Part shown: piece after piece, positions 22,376 to 31,317 of the stretch
Layout of the letters: each line of letters begins with the position of its first letter
Position numbering within the stretch: position 1 is the stretch's first letter
Made by a program: the position numbers and the translations under genes
Assembly: GCA_965262985.1 (NCBI GenBank)
Contig: OZ253576.1
Coordinates: 6,225,937 to 6,289,936 of the forward strand
DNA: 64,000 nt
Origin: Vicinamibacterales bacterium
GTDB taxonomy: Bacteria > Acidobacteriota > Vicinamibacteria > Vicinamibacterales > UBA8438
Direction: 5' to 3'
The notes under the pieces: generated by a model
Databases searched by the model: none
What the model saw: only the letters and a program-made list of their open reading frames with translations
Told to the model about the DNA's origin: nothing

Positions 22376-22541
22376 TTAGCAGCCCGTGGTAAAAGCCCCG
22401 CTGCATTCGATTGGCGCTGCATCCCGTCTGGCGGCGTTGCTCCTCGGTCACAAATGCCCCAATTTGCTCCCTCGCCGCGCCTTGCCAGCCGGGCGCCGCG
22501 CCAATCTCGGTGCAACGCGGGGTTCTACCACGGGCTGTTAG
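22376..22541. mobile_element. Family-A MITE, most intact copy (158-bp body with TTAG duplication)
   Basis: TTAG-CAGCCCGTGGTA...TACCACGGGCTG-TTAG: 12-bp perfect terminal inverted repeat, extendable imperfectly to about 26 bp, with a 4-bp direct repeat on both sides and no transposase. Confidence 0.85.
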
Positions 22542-22594
22542 CACTGCAGCGTCGAACTGATCGCTGCCGGCGCCGCGGGAGAGCCCGAGGACGC

Positions 22595-23026
22595 GTGCAG
22601 GCCGGTTTCGGGCTGGTCGAAGTCGTAATTGCCGTGGGTCTCCTTGTGACCCTGGCCGCCGGTGTTGCGCAACTGTTCGGGTTGTCGGCGCAGTCGCTGG
22701 TGCGCGCGCGACATCGCACGTCGTCTCTGGTGCTGACTGTCGAGAAGATCGAGCAGGTGCGTGCCGACCTCGCTGCGCGGGGCAGCGAGGGGGTTACGGG
22801 TGCCACAGGGCTGCAGGTAGAGTACCTGGATCAGCACGGCCGGCTCACATCCAGCGCCTCGGACGGACCACGCTACGAGCGGATCTGGCAGCTCGGTCCT
22901 GAGACAGACCGCGTGGTCACCGTCACGGTGCAGGTGGCCCCGATCCGCCCCTCCGGTCCAGGATCGTTGGACGGCGGCGTGCCGCCAGATGGCGCGCGCC
23001 TGTTCACGCTGGTGCCGGTGCGGTGA
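22595..23026 (+). CDS. Minor pilin, PilV-like
   Basis: Class III signal (V)QAG|FGLVEVVIAVGLL with a GTG start after GAGG. The longer ORF 21893-23026 is read-through across pilD and the MITEs. Confidence 0.75.
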   Translation: MQAGFGLVEVVIAVGLLVTLAAGVAQLFGLSAQSLVRARHRTSSLVLTVEKIEQVRADLAARGSEGVTGATGLQVEYLDQHGRLTSSASDGPRYERIWQLGPETDRVVTVTVQVAPIRPSGPGSLDGGVPPDGARLFTLVPVR

Positions 23027-24102
23027 CGAGCAACGACAGTCTTCCGACGCGTCCGAGCGGAGATGTGCCGCATGCGCTCGTACGGAGGCGTTGGCGGATA
23101 CCGGATGCGGGGTTGTCACTGATCGAGACCATGCTCGCGCTGGGACTTGCCTTGCTGGTGCTGGGCGGGTTGTTCGAGTTGGCTCGGCCGGCGACGACGC
23201 TGAACCTTGCGCTCCCTGTTGCCGCCGACATGCACCAGCGGCTCAGGCACGCATTCGATCGCTTGAACTCCGATCTAGTCGACGCCGGACGGGGTACGAC
23301 GTCGGTGGCGCCAGGTCCGCTCGGCCGGTTTCTGCCGCCGGTGGTGCCGTATGTACTTGGGCGCAGGGCTACCGGCGTCGAGCATCGGCACCCTGATCAA
23401 AGCGGCGTGACCCTCTTGTCGGTGTCTCGAGGGCCCGCGGCGGAAACCACCATCCTGAGCCCGATCACCGGAGATGTGGTGTCTGTCCAACTTCGCAAAG
23501 ATCCCGTGTGTCCAGCGTCCGCCTGCGGCTACCGCTCGAGCGATCTGGTTCTTGTCTTCGATGAAGGGGGACGCTGGGACCTGTTTCGGGTAACGTCGGC
23601 GGACCCGGTCACGTTGACCCTTGAGCGTGTGCACGCCACGCGGACCCATTTCGCCCCGGGCGCCGTGATCGCACCGGTCACCGTTACGTACTATTACTCC
23701 GACGACGACCGGGCGCAGCTCCGGCGGTACAACGGTTGGAGCAGTGACTTGCCCCTGGTCGACGATCTGGTCGACCTGCAGTTCAGCTATCTGGGAAGCT
23801 CGCCTTCCGAGTCGCCGATCTGTGACACGGTCAGGGGCGCTACTGGTCCACTCGTCGCGATTGACCTTGCCGAGTTCGGTGACGGCCCGTGGTGTGGACC
23901 GGTCGATCTGCCCTTCGACCGCGATCTGTTGCGCATCCGCGCTGTCGAGGTGAGCGTGCGGGTTCAGAGTGGACTCGAGGAGCTGCGGGGCGCAGACCCT
24001 CGGTTGTTCGCCCGACCCGGATCGGCGCTCGGGGGCCGTGGAGCGGTACCTGATTACGCGGTGACGTTCACCGTGGCGCCCAGGAATTTGAATTGGTGGT
24101 AA
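23023..24102 (+). CDS. Minor pilin, PilW-like
   Basis: DAG|LSLIETMLALGLALLVLG; overlaps both neighbours. The start is uncertain. Confidence 0.75.
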   Translation: MTSNDSLPTRPSGDVPHALVRRRWRIPDAGLSLIETMLALGLALLVLGGLFELARPATTLNLALPVAADMHQRLRHAFDRLNSDLVDAGRGTTSVAPGPLGRFLPPVVPYVLGRRATGVEHRHPDQSGVTLLSVSRGPAAETTILSPITGDVVSVQLRKDPVCPASACGYRSSDLVLVFDEGGRWDLFRVTSADPVTLTLERVHATRTHFAPGAVIAPVTVTYYYSDDDRAQLRRYNGWSSDLPLVDDLVDLQFSYLGSSPSESPICDTVRGATGPLVAIDLAEFGDGPWCGPVDLPFDRDLLRIRAVEVSVRVQSGLEELRGADPRLFARPGSALGGRGAVPDYAVTFTVAPRNLNWW

Positions 24103-24731
24103 TGGCTGGGGACCTCGTTCGATCAGCATCCCGACATGACGACCGGGGAAGCGCGCTACTCGTCACCTTGCTGACGGCGATGCTCGTGTCAGGCCTGGCC
24201 GGAGCGCTGACGGTGGTCCTCATGACCGAGGAGGCCGTCGAGGCGAATCACCGTCGAGGGATGGCGGCATTCTATGCTGCCGATGGGTTGCTCACGCGGG
24301 TTCTCGCCGAACTGACGCGAGCGACAGATTGGCAGGTACTGGTCGAAGAGTCTGGCCGTTCGACATTCAGTCTCGGATCCCTGTCGGCGCGGCTGGCTGA
24401 CGGGTCGTTGGTTGATCTGACCGAGATGACGGCTGCGCTTGCGGATGAACCGGTCCAGGTGAGCGGCGCCGCGGCGCCGCGTTGGCGCTTGTATGCGTGG
24501 GGGTGGTTCGCGGATCTGATCGGAGACGCCGGGGACGGCCAAGGATTGTTCGTGGCAGCGTGGGTCTTCCAGGAGACGATTGTCACCCTGGACCCGGACG
24601 ACGATCCGGTGGAACGGATGGTGGTACGTGCAATGGCGTTCGGTCCGTTCCGCGCGCGTCGTGCGGTGGAGGCCGTCTTGCACCGGGTCTCGGGCGTTGT
24701 CGAAGTCGCCGCCTGGGATCTCGTACGGTAA
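24102..24731 (+). CDS. Minor pilin, PilX-like
   Basis: DRG|SALLVTLLTAMLVSGL without Glu5, as in PilX/GspK; AFYAADG motif; TAATG coupling. Confidence 0.7.
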   Translation: MAGDLVRSASRHDDRGSALLVTLLTAMLVSGLAGALTVVLMTEEAVEANHRRGMAAFYAADGLLTRVLAELTRATDWQVLVEESGRSTFSLGSLSARLADGSLVDLTEMTAALADEPVQVSGAAAPRWRLYAWGWFADLIGDAGDGQGLFVAAWVFQETIVTLDPDDDPVERMVVRAMAFGPFRARRAVEAVLHRVSGVVEVAAWDLVR

Positions 24732-24886
24732 CGCGTGGAGGTCCAGTATCGGTCCAGGTGTGGTTCCCGAACACACGTCCCTTTGCAGCCCGGGTCGGCA
24801 CCCGTGCAGTTGCACCTGCACGCTGGCGCGCGGCTGGTGCCTACGCTGCCGCTGCAACGCAGGGTGCGCCGGCGGGGCGCGCGATG

Positions 24887-25969
24887 CTATCGCACGCCGA
24901 TGGTCGTCAGGGCGCGGCGCGTTTCCTTTTCGGTCACGTCGTCTACGATCACGGTGCCGCCGAGGCCGTCCGGCAGCACCATGTGGAGTCGACCCGCGAC
25001 CACCTTCTTGTCACGCTTCATCGTTTCCAGCACTTCGCTAGCCGACAGGTCGGTGACGGAGGGGAGCGGCCCCATGCGTGCTATGAGCTCTGTCAGCGCC
25101 GTGTGGTCGCCCTTGTCGAGCAGACCGCGTCCCGCGCCGAGTTCCGCCGCGACGAGCATGCCGTAGGCAACCGCTTCACCATGACGCAGACGCCGGTAGC
25201 GGGTCACCGCTTCGAGCGCGTGCCCCGCCGTGTGTCCAAAATTCAGCACGCGCCGGCGATCTGCTTCACGTTCATCGGTCCCCACCACGTCGGCCTTGAT
25301 GCGGCACGAGGCGGCGACAATCTCGATCATCACATCCGGATCGCGCGCAAAGATGCGTTGCAGCTCGGTGACCAGCAACTCGAACAGCGCGCGGCTGGCG
25401 ATGACCCCGTACTTGACAACCTCGTACAGACCCGCACGGAGTTCGCGGCGTGGCAGCGTGTCGAGCAGTCTGGGGTCGGCTATGACCGCCGCCGGTTGAT
25501 GAAAGGCGCCGATCAGGTTCTTGCCCAGCGCGTGGTTGACACCGACCTTGCCGCCCACGGCGCTGTCGACCTGCGCCAGCAGCGTCGTCGGCACCTGTAC
25601 GAGATCGACACCGCGCAGATACGTGGCTGCGGCGAATCCGACGGTGTCACCGATGACCCCGCCGCCGACGGCGATGATGCTGCACTGCCGGTCGGCGCCG
25701 CGGCGGATCAGCCATTCGTAGATGCGCCCCAGGGTGTGGTGGGTTTTCGCCCGTTCTCCGTCCGGCACCAGCAGGTAGTCGACCCCGGGCAGCGCCGACA
25801 TCATGGCGTCGCCGTGCCGCCGCCAGACGTTCGGGCTCGACACAACGAATCGCCGTCCGCCAACGCCCGCTTCAGACAGCCAGCGCGGCATCTGCTCGAC
25901 GATCCCAGTAGCCACGAGGATCGGGTATGTGCGGCTGGAACTGGCAACGTCGATCCGTGTTGGTGGCAT
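24887..25969 (-). CDS. aroB: 3-dehydroquinate synthase
   Basis: GGGVIGD, VPTTLLAQVDSAVGGKVG and LNFGHTAGHALE motifs; start at MPPTRIDV. Confidence 0.96.
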   Translation of the reverse strand: MPPTRIDVASSSRTYPILVATGIVEQMPRWLSEAGVGGRRFVVSSPNVWRRHGDAMMSALPGVDYLLVPDGERAKTHHTLGRIYEWLIRRGADRQCSIIAVGGGVIGDTVGFAAATYLRGVDLVQVPTTLLAQVDSAVGGKVGVNHALGKNLIGAFHQPAAVIADPRLLDTLPRRELRAGLYEVVKYGVIASRALFELLVTELQRIFARDPDVMIEIVAASCRIKADVVGTDEREADRRRVLNFGHTAGHALEAVTRYRRLRHGEAVAYGMLVAAELGAGRGLLDKGDHTALTELIARMGPLPSVTDLSASEVLETMKRDKKVVAGRLHMVLPDGLGGTVIVDDVTEKETRRALTTIGVR

Positions 25970-26047
25970 GGAGTCCGATCGGCGGCGAGCCAAGAATGAC
26001 CAAATGGTAGGATAGCAGCAATTTTCTGGATGGAGGAACCACCATAG

Positions 26048-27499
26048 ATGTCGGACAAGGCTGCGGCGTTCGTCAAGGAAATCACTCCCAGGTCGGAAGA
26101 CTTCTCGCGCTGGTACACGGATGTCATTCGACGCGCCGAGTTGGCCGACTATTCGCCGGTAAAAGGCAGCATGGTGATTCGCCCCTACGGCTATGCCATG
26201 TGGGAGCTGATGCAGCAAGCGCTGGACCGCCGCATCAAGGAAACGGGCCACGTCAACGCGTACTTCCCGTTGTTAATCCCGGAGGGACTGCTCGAGAAGG
26301 AGGCGGCGCACGTCGAAGGGTTCGCACCGCAGGTGGCCTGGGTCACGCACGGCGGTGACGAGAAGCTGGAAGAACGGCTCGTGGTGCGCCCGACGTCGGA
26401 GGCGATCATCTGCACGATGTACTCGAAGTGGATCCAGTCGTGGCGCGACCTGCCCGTGTTGATCAACCAGTGGGCGAACGTCGTGCGCTGGGAGAAGGTG
26501 ACCCGTCTGTTCCTTCGCACGACGGAGTTTTTGTGGCAGGAGGGACACACCGTCCACGAGACCGAAGAGGAAGCACAGAAAGAGACGCTGAAGATGCTCG
26601 GGGTCTACAAGGAGTTCGCCGAGACCGAGCTGGCGATGCCGGTGCTCGCGGGTCAGAAAACCGAGAGCGAGAAATTCGCGGGGGCCGCGAAAACCTATTC
26701 GATCGAGGCGCTCATGGGCGATGGCCGCGCGCTGCAGGCGGCCACGTCACACAATCTCGGACAGAACTTCGCCAAGGTGTTCGACATCACGTTCCAGGGA
26801 CGCGACAAGACGGTGCAGTACGGCTGGCAAACGTCGTGGGGTGCGACCACGCGTCTGATCGGTGGCGTCATCATGATGCACGGCGATGACAGCGGGCTCA
26901 TTCTGCCGCCACGCATTGCGCCGTATCAGGTAGTGATGGTCCCCATTCCTCGCGGTGACTGGCGCCTGACCGTATTGCCGCATGCCGAGCGGATCAAGAC
27001 CGAACTCGAAGCACTGGGTATCCGCGTGATGCTTGATGACCGTGACGCGCATTCGCCTGGATGGAAATATGCGGAGTGGGAAATGCGCGGCGTGCCGCTT
27101 CGGATCGAGATCGGCCCACGGGACGTGAAGAACGAGCAGGTGATGTTGGTTCGTCGCGACACCAGAGACAAATCACCGACCTCGATGAACGGGTTGGCCG
27201 GTCGTGTCGGCGAGTTGTTGGAATCGATTCAGCAGGAGCTGTACGACCGCGCGATCACGTTCCAAGAGGACCACACCATGAAGACCACCAATCGAGCCGA
27301 TTTCGATGCGAGCCTCAAAGGCCGCCCAGGCTACGTCGTGGCCCCCTGGTGTGGCTCGGCAGAATGTGAGACCCAGATCAAGAATGCCACTCAGGCCTCC
27401 ATCCGGAATCTGCCACTCGAACCGACCGGAACCTCAGGCGACTGCATCCAGTGCGGTCGCCCCGGTCAGGTCGATGCATACTTCGCCAAGTCCTACTGA
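26048..27499 (+). CDS. proS: Proline-tRNA ligase, archaeal/eukaryotic type (no INS editing domain)
   Basis: VRPTSE, FLRTTEFLWQEGHT and QTSWG motifs; C-terminal Zn domain (WCGSAEC...CIQC, FAKSY). Confidence 0.96.
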   Translation: MSDKAAAFVKEITPRSEDFSRWYTDVIRRAELADYSPVKGSMVIRPYGYAMWELMQQALDRRIKETGHVNAYFPLLIPEGLLEKEAAHVEGFAPQVAWVTHGGDEKLEERLVVRPTSEAIICTMYSKWIQSWRDLPVLINQWANVVRWEKVTRLFLRTTEFLWQEGHTVHETEEEAQKETLKMLGVYKEFAETELAMPVLAGQKTESEKFAGAAKTYSIEALMGDGRALQAATSHNLGQNFAKVFDITFQGRDKTVQYGWQTSWGATTRLIGGVIMMHGDDSGLILPPRIAPYQVVMVPIPRGDWRLTVLPHAERIKTELEALGIRVMLDDRDAHSPGWKYAEWEMRGVPLRIEIGPRDVKNEQVMLVRRDTRDKSPTSMNGLAGRVGELLESIQQELYDRAITFQEDHTMKTTNRADFDASLKGRPGYVVAPWCGSAECETQIKNATQASIRNLPLEPTGTSGDCIQCGRPGQVDAYFAKSY

Positions 27500-27532
27500 T
27501 CGATATCGATCCGGCGCCGCCTCGTTGACGCG

Positions 27533-29182
27533 TTACTGCATGCGGACGACGAAGGCGGCGCGGCGGTTCAGGCGCCTGGTTTCCTCACGCGCGTTGTCGT
27601 GCAGCGGGCGCTCCTCACCGAAGGTGACCGTCTGCAGCCGGCTGGCGGCGATGCCGCGGCTCGTCAGATAGTCGCGCACGGAAGTGGCTCGCCGCTCACC
27701 GAGCGCCTGGTTGTACTCGGACGTGCCGATGTTGCACGTATGACCCTCGAGCGTAAGGCTCAGATTAGGGTCGTCGCTCATCGCGGCGATCGCCTCGTCG
27801 AGAATACGTGTGGCGCCCGGCCGCAGCGTGTACCGATCGAAGTCGAAGTGCACGTCCTCGAACGCGTACTCCCGCGGCGGCGGCGCCGGCGGCGATACGA
27901 CGCGAATGGTGGCTGTGTCAGATGCCGAACCGCCGCGTCCGTCGTCGACGGTGACGGTCACGGGTACCGGGCCGTCTTCATCCGGCGCGGTCCAGGTGGT
28001 CGCCATCCGGTTGGTCGGGTCGAGCGTGCCGGCAGGCGCGCTCCACCGATATGTCAGGGGATCGCCGTCCGGATCGTTCGCGTTGGCGGTCACGGTCGAG
28101 GTGGCGCCCGGCTCGACCTCACACGGATCGCAGTTGGCGGTGACCGTGGGCGGCCTGTTGACCGGCGGGTCGGGCGGCGGTGGCGGCGGTGGTGGTGGCG
28201 CCACATAGCGGCGGACACCTGGGTGATACCCGAGCCGCACCTGCAATCCGACCATGTTTGCGGTCGTGCCCATTGCCCCACGCGCCTGCATGGCGTACGT
28301 GACCCCGGCGCCGATGAACATCCCGCTCCTGGACTGCCACTGCAGTCCCAGCATGGCGTCGATCGGTGCAGCGATCTCAGACAGCAGGGATGACATGCTG
28401 CCGTCGATACCGATCAAGGGCGTCGTCAGTATCACGTTGTCCTCGAGCGGTACCTCTCCGTGCAGCTCGGCGAACAGTCGGATCGAATTATTGGTTGGGA
28501 ACCCGGCGCCGATCCCCCAGCGCACGCCGTGTCCCAGCGTGACGCCGCTCGGCTCGCCGCGAAACAGGAATCCGCCGAAGCCGGCCAGTTCCACACGGTC
28601 TCCGATGTTCTTGCTGGCGACGAAATCGATCATGACGTCGGACGCGCCGGTACTCGCGCCCACCTCTTCGTTTCCGGTCGGAAACTTTGCCGCCGCGCGC
28701 AGCGCCAGCGCCGCAGGTTGCATCCGGTGCTCGGACGCGATGTTGAACTTGCCGCCGAGGATGACGTCACCGATGTTATCGCCGTTCCAGAAGTCGGTGA
28801 CATTCGGGTATTCGTGCAAGGCACCGCCGTTCGCGCTGTTGCCCGCATCGAACAGTGGCCGCGCCCTGCGCAGGAGCCGGGTGTCGGCCCGGACCGACCC
28901 GAAAATCTCGACACGATCGCTGATCCCGACGCCGAACGTGCCGAGCAAGTGGCTGATGTCAGAGAGCCCGTGCGCGCGATCGATATTGGTGCGAGCACCG
29001 CTGACGGACCATTTACCGTCCGGCAGAATCTCTCCGGTCGGGACGAACCACAATCCGGTGTCGCCCAACCATGTCGAGTTGCCTGGTCGGACATCGGAAT
29101 CGTCGTCCTGTGCGGCCGCCATTCCGGCGGCGGCGAAACAGAGGCAGACTGTCAGCGCTGCGGAAACAAGGAGTCGTCTCAT
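27533..29182 (-). CDS. Outer-membrane protein with barrel-like N-terminus, Ig/PKD-like domain and OmpA C-terminal domain
   Basis: Signal peptide, poly-Pro linkers, NRPPTV...DPDGDPLTYRW, and VHFDFD...LEGHT...ALGERRA...NRRA. Confidence 0.88.
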   Translation of the reverse strand: MRRLLVSAALTVCLCFAAAGMAAAQDDDSDVRPGNSTWLGDTGLWFVPTGEILPDGKWSVSGARTNIDRAHGLSDISHLLGTFGVGISDRVEIFGSVRADTRLLRRARPLFDAGNSANGGALHEYPNVTDFWNGDNIGDVILGGKFNIASEHRMQPAALALRAAAKFPTGNEEVGASTGASDVMIDFVASKNIGDRVELAGFGGFLFRGEPSGVTLGHGVRWGIGAGFPTNNSIRLFAELHGEVPLEDNVILTTPLIGIDGSMSSLLSEIAAPIDAMLGLQWQSRSGMFIGAGVTYAMQARGAMGTTANMVGLQVRLGYHPGVRRYVAPPPPPPPPPDPPVNRPPTVTANCDPCEVEPGATSTVTANANDPDGDPLTYRWSAPAGTLDPTNRMATTWTAPDEDGPVPVTVTVDDGRGGSASDTATIRVVSPPAPPPREYAFEDVHFDFDRYTLRPGATRILDEAIAAMSDDPNLSLTLEGHTCNIGTSEYNQALGERRATSVRDYLTSRGIAASRLQTVTFGEERPLHDNAREETRRLNRRAAFVVRMQ

Positions 29183-29235
29183 CGCGGGTCTACTCTCCAG
29201 GAACGCACACTACGTGAAGGAGCAACAATCGACCC

Positions 29236-29265
29236 ATGTTACGACCGGCACTTGAGCGAAGTCAA
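29236..29265 (-). promoter_or_regulatory. Candidate sigma70 promoter for the OmpA-domain gene
   Basis: Minus strand TTGACT-N18-TAACAT. Confidence 0.45.
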
Positions 29266-29303
29266 TCAGTATCGGCCTGAACTGTATGATTCGAAACGGG
29301 ATG

Positions 29304-29476
29304 CAGCCCCGCTGCCTGCGATCGGCGCTGGATCCCGCCGCGGGCGGCGCCAGGCTTCTGTTTGCCGGGGTCACACATGCCCCAATTCGCTCCCTCGTCG
29401 CGCCTTGAATTGGCCGGGCACAGATTTCTTACGACCCTATCTCGGTGCAATGCGGGGTTTCACCACGGGCTGCCAG
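29304..29476. mobile_element. Family-A MITE, left terminus internally deleted
   Basis: CAGCCCCGCTGCC...GGGGTCACACATGCCCCAATTCGCTCCCTCGTCGCGCCTTG...TGCAATGCGGGGTTTCACCACGGGCTG-CCAG; clearly homologous to the 42207 and 42714 copies. Confidence 0.8.
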
Positions 29477-29541
29477 GAGTCTGCGCCGTAGAAGATTGCG
29501 AAAGCGAATTTGCAGCCGTAATCTTTCTGCGGCGCAGACTC

Positions 29542-30378
29542 CTAAAGGTCGTCCTTGTTCCGGCGCGGAGCGACCACCCACGCGATGCCGATACTGAGTC
29601 CATAGAGCAGCACCATCGGGGCCGCCATCAGCGTCAGCGTGGCCGGGTCTCCGGTCGGCGTCAGGACCGCCGCCAAGATGAAGATGATCAGGATGGCGTA
29701 CTTCGTGTTGCGCACCATGAACCGCGCGGTCACCACACCGATACGCGCAAGGAAGAACACCACGGTGGGCAGTTGGAACACGACGCCACACGCCAGAACG
29801 AGCCGGACGTACAACGAGAACGTCGGCTGAAGACTCGGCATGAACGTCAGGTACTCGTTCGAGAAGCCACCGAGGAACCGCCAGGCGATCGGGAACAGAA
29901 GATAGTGGGCAAACAGGCATCCGCCCGCGAAGAACAGGCTCGACAACACCACGAACGGAACGGCGAATTTCTTCTCGTGCCCGTACAGCCCCGGGGCCAC
30001 AAAGCGCCAGAACTGCAGAAGCACCACGGGCATCGCGAGGATCAACCCGGCCAGCGCGGCGATCTTGATAGTTACGAAGAATCCTTCGGTCGGAACGATG
30101 TAAATGAACCTGCTGCCTTCGGGGAGCAGCTCGTTGAGCGGCACCATGATGAAGGCTTCGATCGGGTCGACGAAGATGAACGCAACGATGAACCCGACGA
30201 GGATCGACGTGACCGCCGTAATCAGCCGCTTGCGCAGCTCGTCCAGATGATCCAGAAAGGACATCCGGCCGCCGGCGCCATCGAATTCCTTTTCTTCCTC
30301 TTCGATTGGCTCCACCGGCTCGTCACCCGGATCGCGGGGATCGGGGACGGACGCAGCGGGGGCGGGGAGATTGGGCAT
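29542..30378 (-). CDS. tatC: Twin-arginine translocase subunit TatC
   Basis: MSFLDHLDELRKRL, FVAPGLY..EK and AAVLTPTGD motifs. Confidence 0.96.
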   Translation of the reverse strand: MPNLPAPAASVPDPRDPGDEPVEPIEEEEKEFDGAGGRMSFLDHLDELRKRLITAVTSILVGFIVAFIFVDPIEAFIMVPLNELLPEGSRFIYIVPTEGFFVTIKIAALAGLILAMPVVLLQFWRFVAPGLYGHEKKFAVPFVVLSSLFFAGGCLFAHYLLFPIAWRFLGGFSNEYLTFMPSLQPTFSLYVRLVLACGVVFQLPTVVFFLARIGVVTARFMVRNTKYAILIIFILAAVLTPTGDPATLTLMAAPMVLLYGLSIGIAWVVAPRRNKDDL

Positions 30379-30427
30379 TGATCTATCGGTTACTGTTGTG
30401 GCACAAGGCCGCTGACTCCGAGCGGGA

Positions 30428-30468
30428 CGCCACCGTCTGACGCTGGCGTGGTGCGTCAGACGGTGGCG
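30428..30468. other. Perfect 16-bp hairpin spanning the tatA stop codon
   Basis: CGCCACCGTCTGACGC-TGGCGTGGT-GCGTCAGACGGTGGCG, with no U-tract. Confidence 0.75.
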
Positions 30469-30725
30469 GCCGGGTCGTGCTGCGGGTCTTCGACGGGTGC
30501 AGCCGGCGCGGGCGCGGGCGCCGCGGCTCGTGGCTCAGGGCTGGTCTTCTCCTCGATGTGAATCTCTTCTTCGAGGGTGTTGCGAAGATCGTTCGACGCG
30601 CGCTTGAACTCGCCCAGGCTCTTGCCGAGCGACCGGCCCAGTTCAGGCAGTTTCCTGGGGCCGAACACGATCAACGCGATCACGAAGATGATGAGCAACT
30701 CCGGCATCCCGATTGAACCAAACAT
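30456..30725 (-). CDS. tatA: Twin-arginine translocase subunit TatA/TatB
   Basis: MFGSIGMPELLIIFVIALIVFGPRKLPELGRSLGK. Confidence 0.93.
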   Translation of the reverse strand: MFGSIGMPELLIIFVIALIVFGPRKLPELGRSLGKSLGEFKRASNDLRNTLEEEIHIEEKTSPEPRAAAPAPAPAAPVEDPQHDPAATV

Positions 30726-30845
30726 GTGTGGGCTCCTTCTCTGCCGGTCGCACGGCCACCCGGCCGCCGATCGTGACCGCGCTTCCGGGACTCTTGAGAA
30801 CGCACGATTGAAACGCGGCACTTCGCGTACCAGCACTCAATTCGC

Positions 30846-30875
30846 ATTATAGGAACCTCTGCCGCTACCGGTCAA
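30846..30875 (-). promoter_or_regulatory. Near-consensus sigma70 promoter for tatA-tatC
   Basis: Minus strand TTGACC-N18-TATAAT in an AT-rich patch. Confidence 0.6.
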
Positions 30876-30993
30876 GCAATCGAAGAACGATAGAATCAAG
30901 GAAGTCATTGTTTAACAATATGTTATGGGAATCTGTCGGTGTCGGATCAACTGGCGAATCGATGCCCACGGGCCACGTGATCGGCCGGCCAGG

Positions 30994-31040
30994 CAGCCGG
31001 TGGCAAGAGCTCCGCTGCATTCGATCGGCGCTGCATCCCG
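30994..31040. mobile_element. Family-A MITE left end (truncated copy)
   Basis: CAGCCGGTGGCAAGAGCTCCGCTGCATTCGATCGGCGCTGCATCCCG versus CAGCCCGTGGTAAAAGCCCCGCTGCATTCGATTGGCGCTGCATCCCG. Confidence 0.75.
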
Positions 31041-31142
31041 TTGATTCGCGTAGAAGCCCGCGGATCGGCGCCGCATCCCGTTGATCCGCGTAGAAATCTG
31101 CGGATCGGCGTTGAAGCCTGCGGATCGGCGTTGAAGGCCCCC
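31023..31142. repeat. 20-bp minisatellite, six units with A-B-A-B-C-C higher-order structure
   Basis: Units begin GAT(C/T)(G/C)GCG every 20 nt: 31023, 31043, 31063, 31083, 31103, 31123. Confidence 0.85.
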
Positions 31143-31317
31143 TCTGTTCGCCGTGCACTGACCCGGTGGAGCATTGTTGCGACCAGTACTCCGTGCCACA
31201 CGGCGTGTACGTCACGGGTTGCAGGACTCGCCGTTCACGTCGGAGAGGTCCCGTCGTGTCGGTCATTCTCCCAGATCGTTGCCCGCACGGTCGGCGATTT
31301 CTGTTAGCATCAGCTAC

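Noticed and set aside
21339-22544. 401-aa minus-strand ORF and other short ORFs containing GFYHGLL / GFTTGC / MPQFAPSSRL (e.g. 29362-30381, 42309-42590, 47901-48578)
   Set aside because: These peptides are translations of the non-coding MITE plus antisense frames of real genes; the recurrence reflects the DNA repeat, not a protein family.
21893-23026. 377-aa ORF as a single protein
   Set aside because: Its first part is an alternative frame of pilD and the middle is MITE sequence; only the part from the GTG at 22595 has a pilin signal.
24785-24889. Possible degraded MITE between the PilX-like gene and aroB (TGCAACGCAGGGT at 24853-24865, GCAGCCCG near 24785)
   Set aside because: Only short matches and no core sequence; cannot be distinguished from chance without an alignment.
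31023-31142. Repeat array as a CRISPR locus
   Set aside because: Units are contiguous 20-mers with no unique spacers, there are no cas genes, and the first unit derives from the adjacent MITE end.
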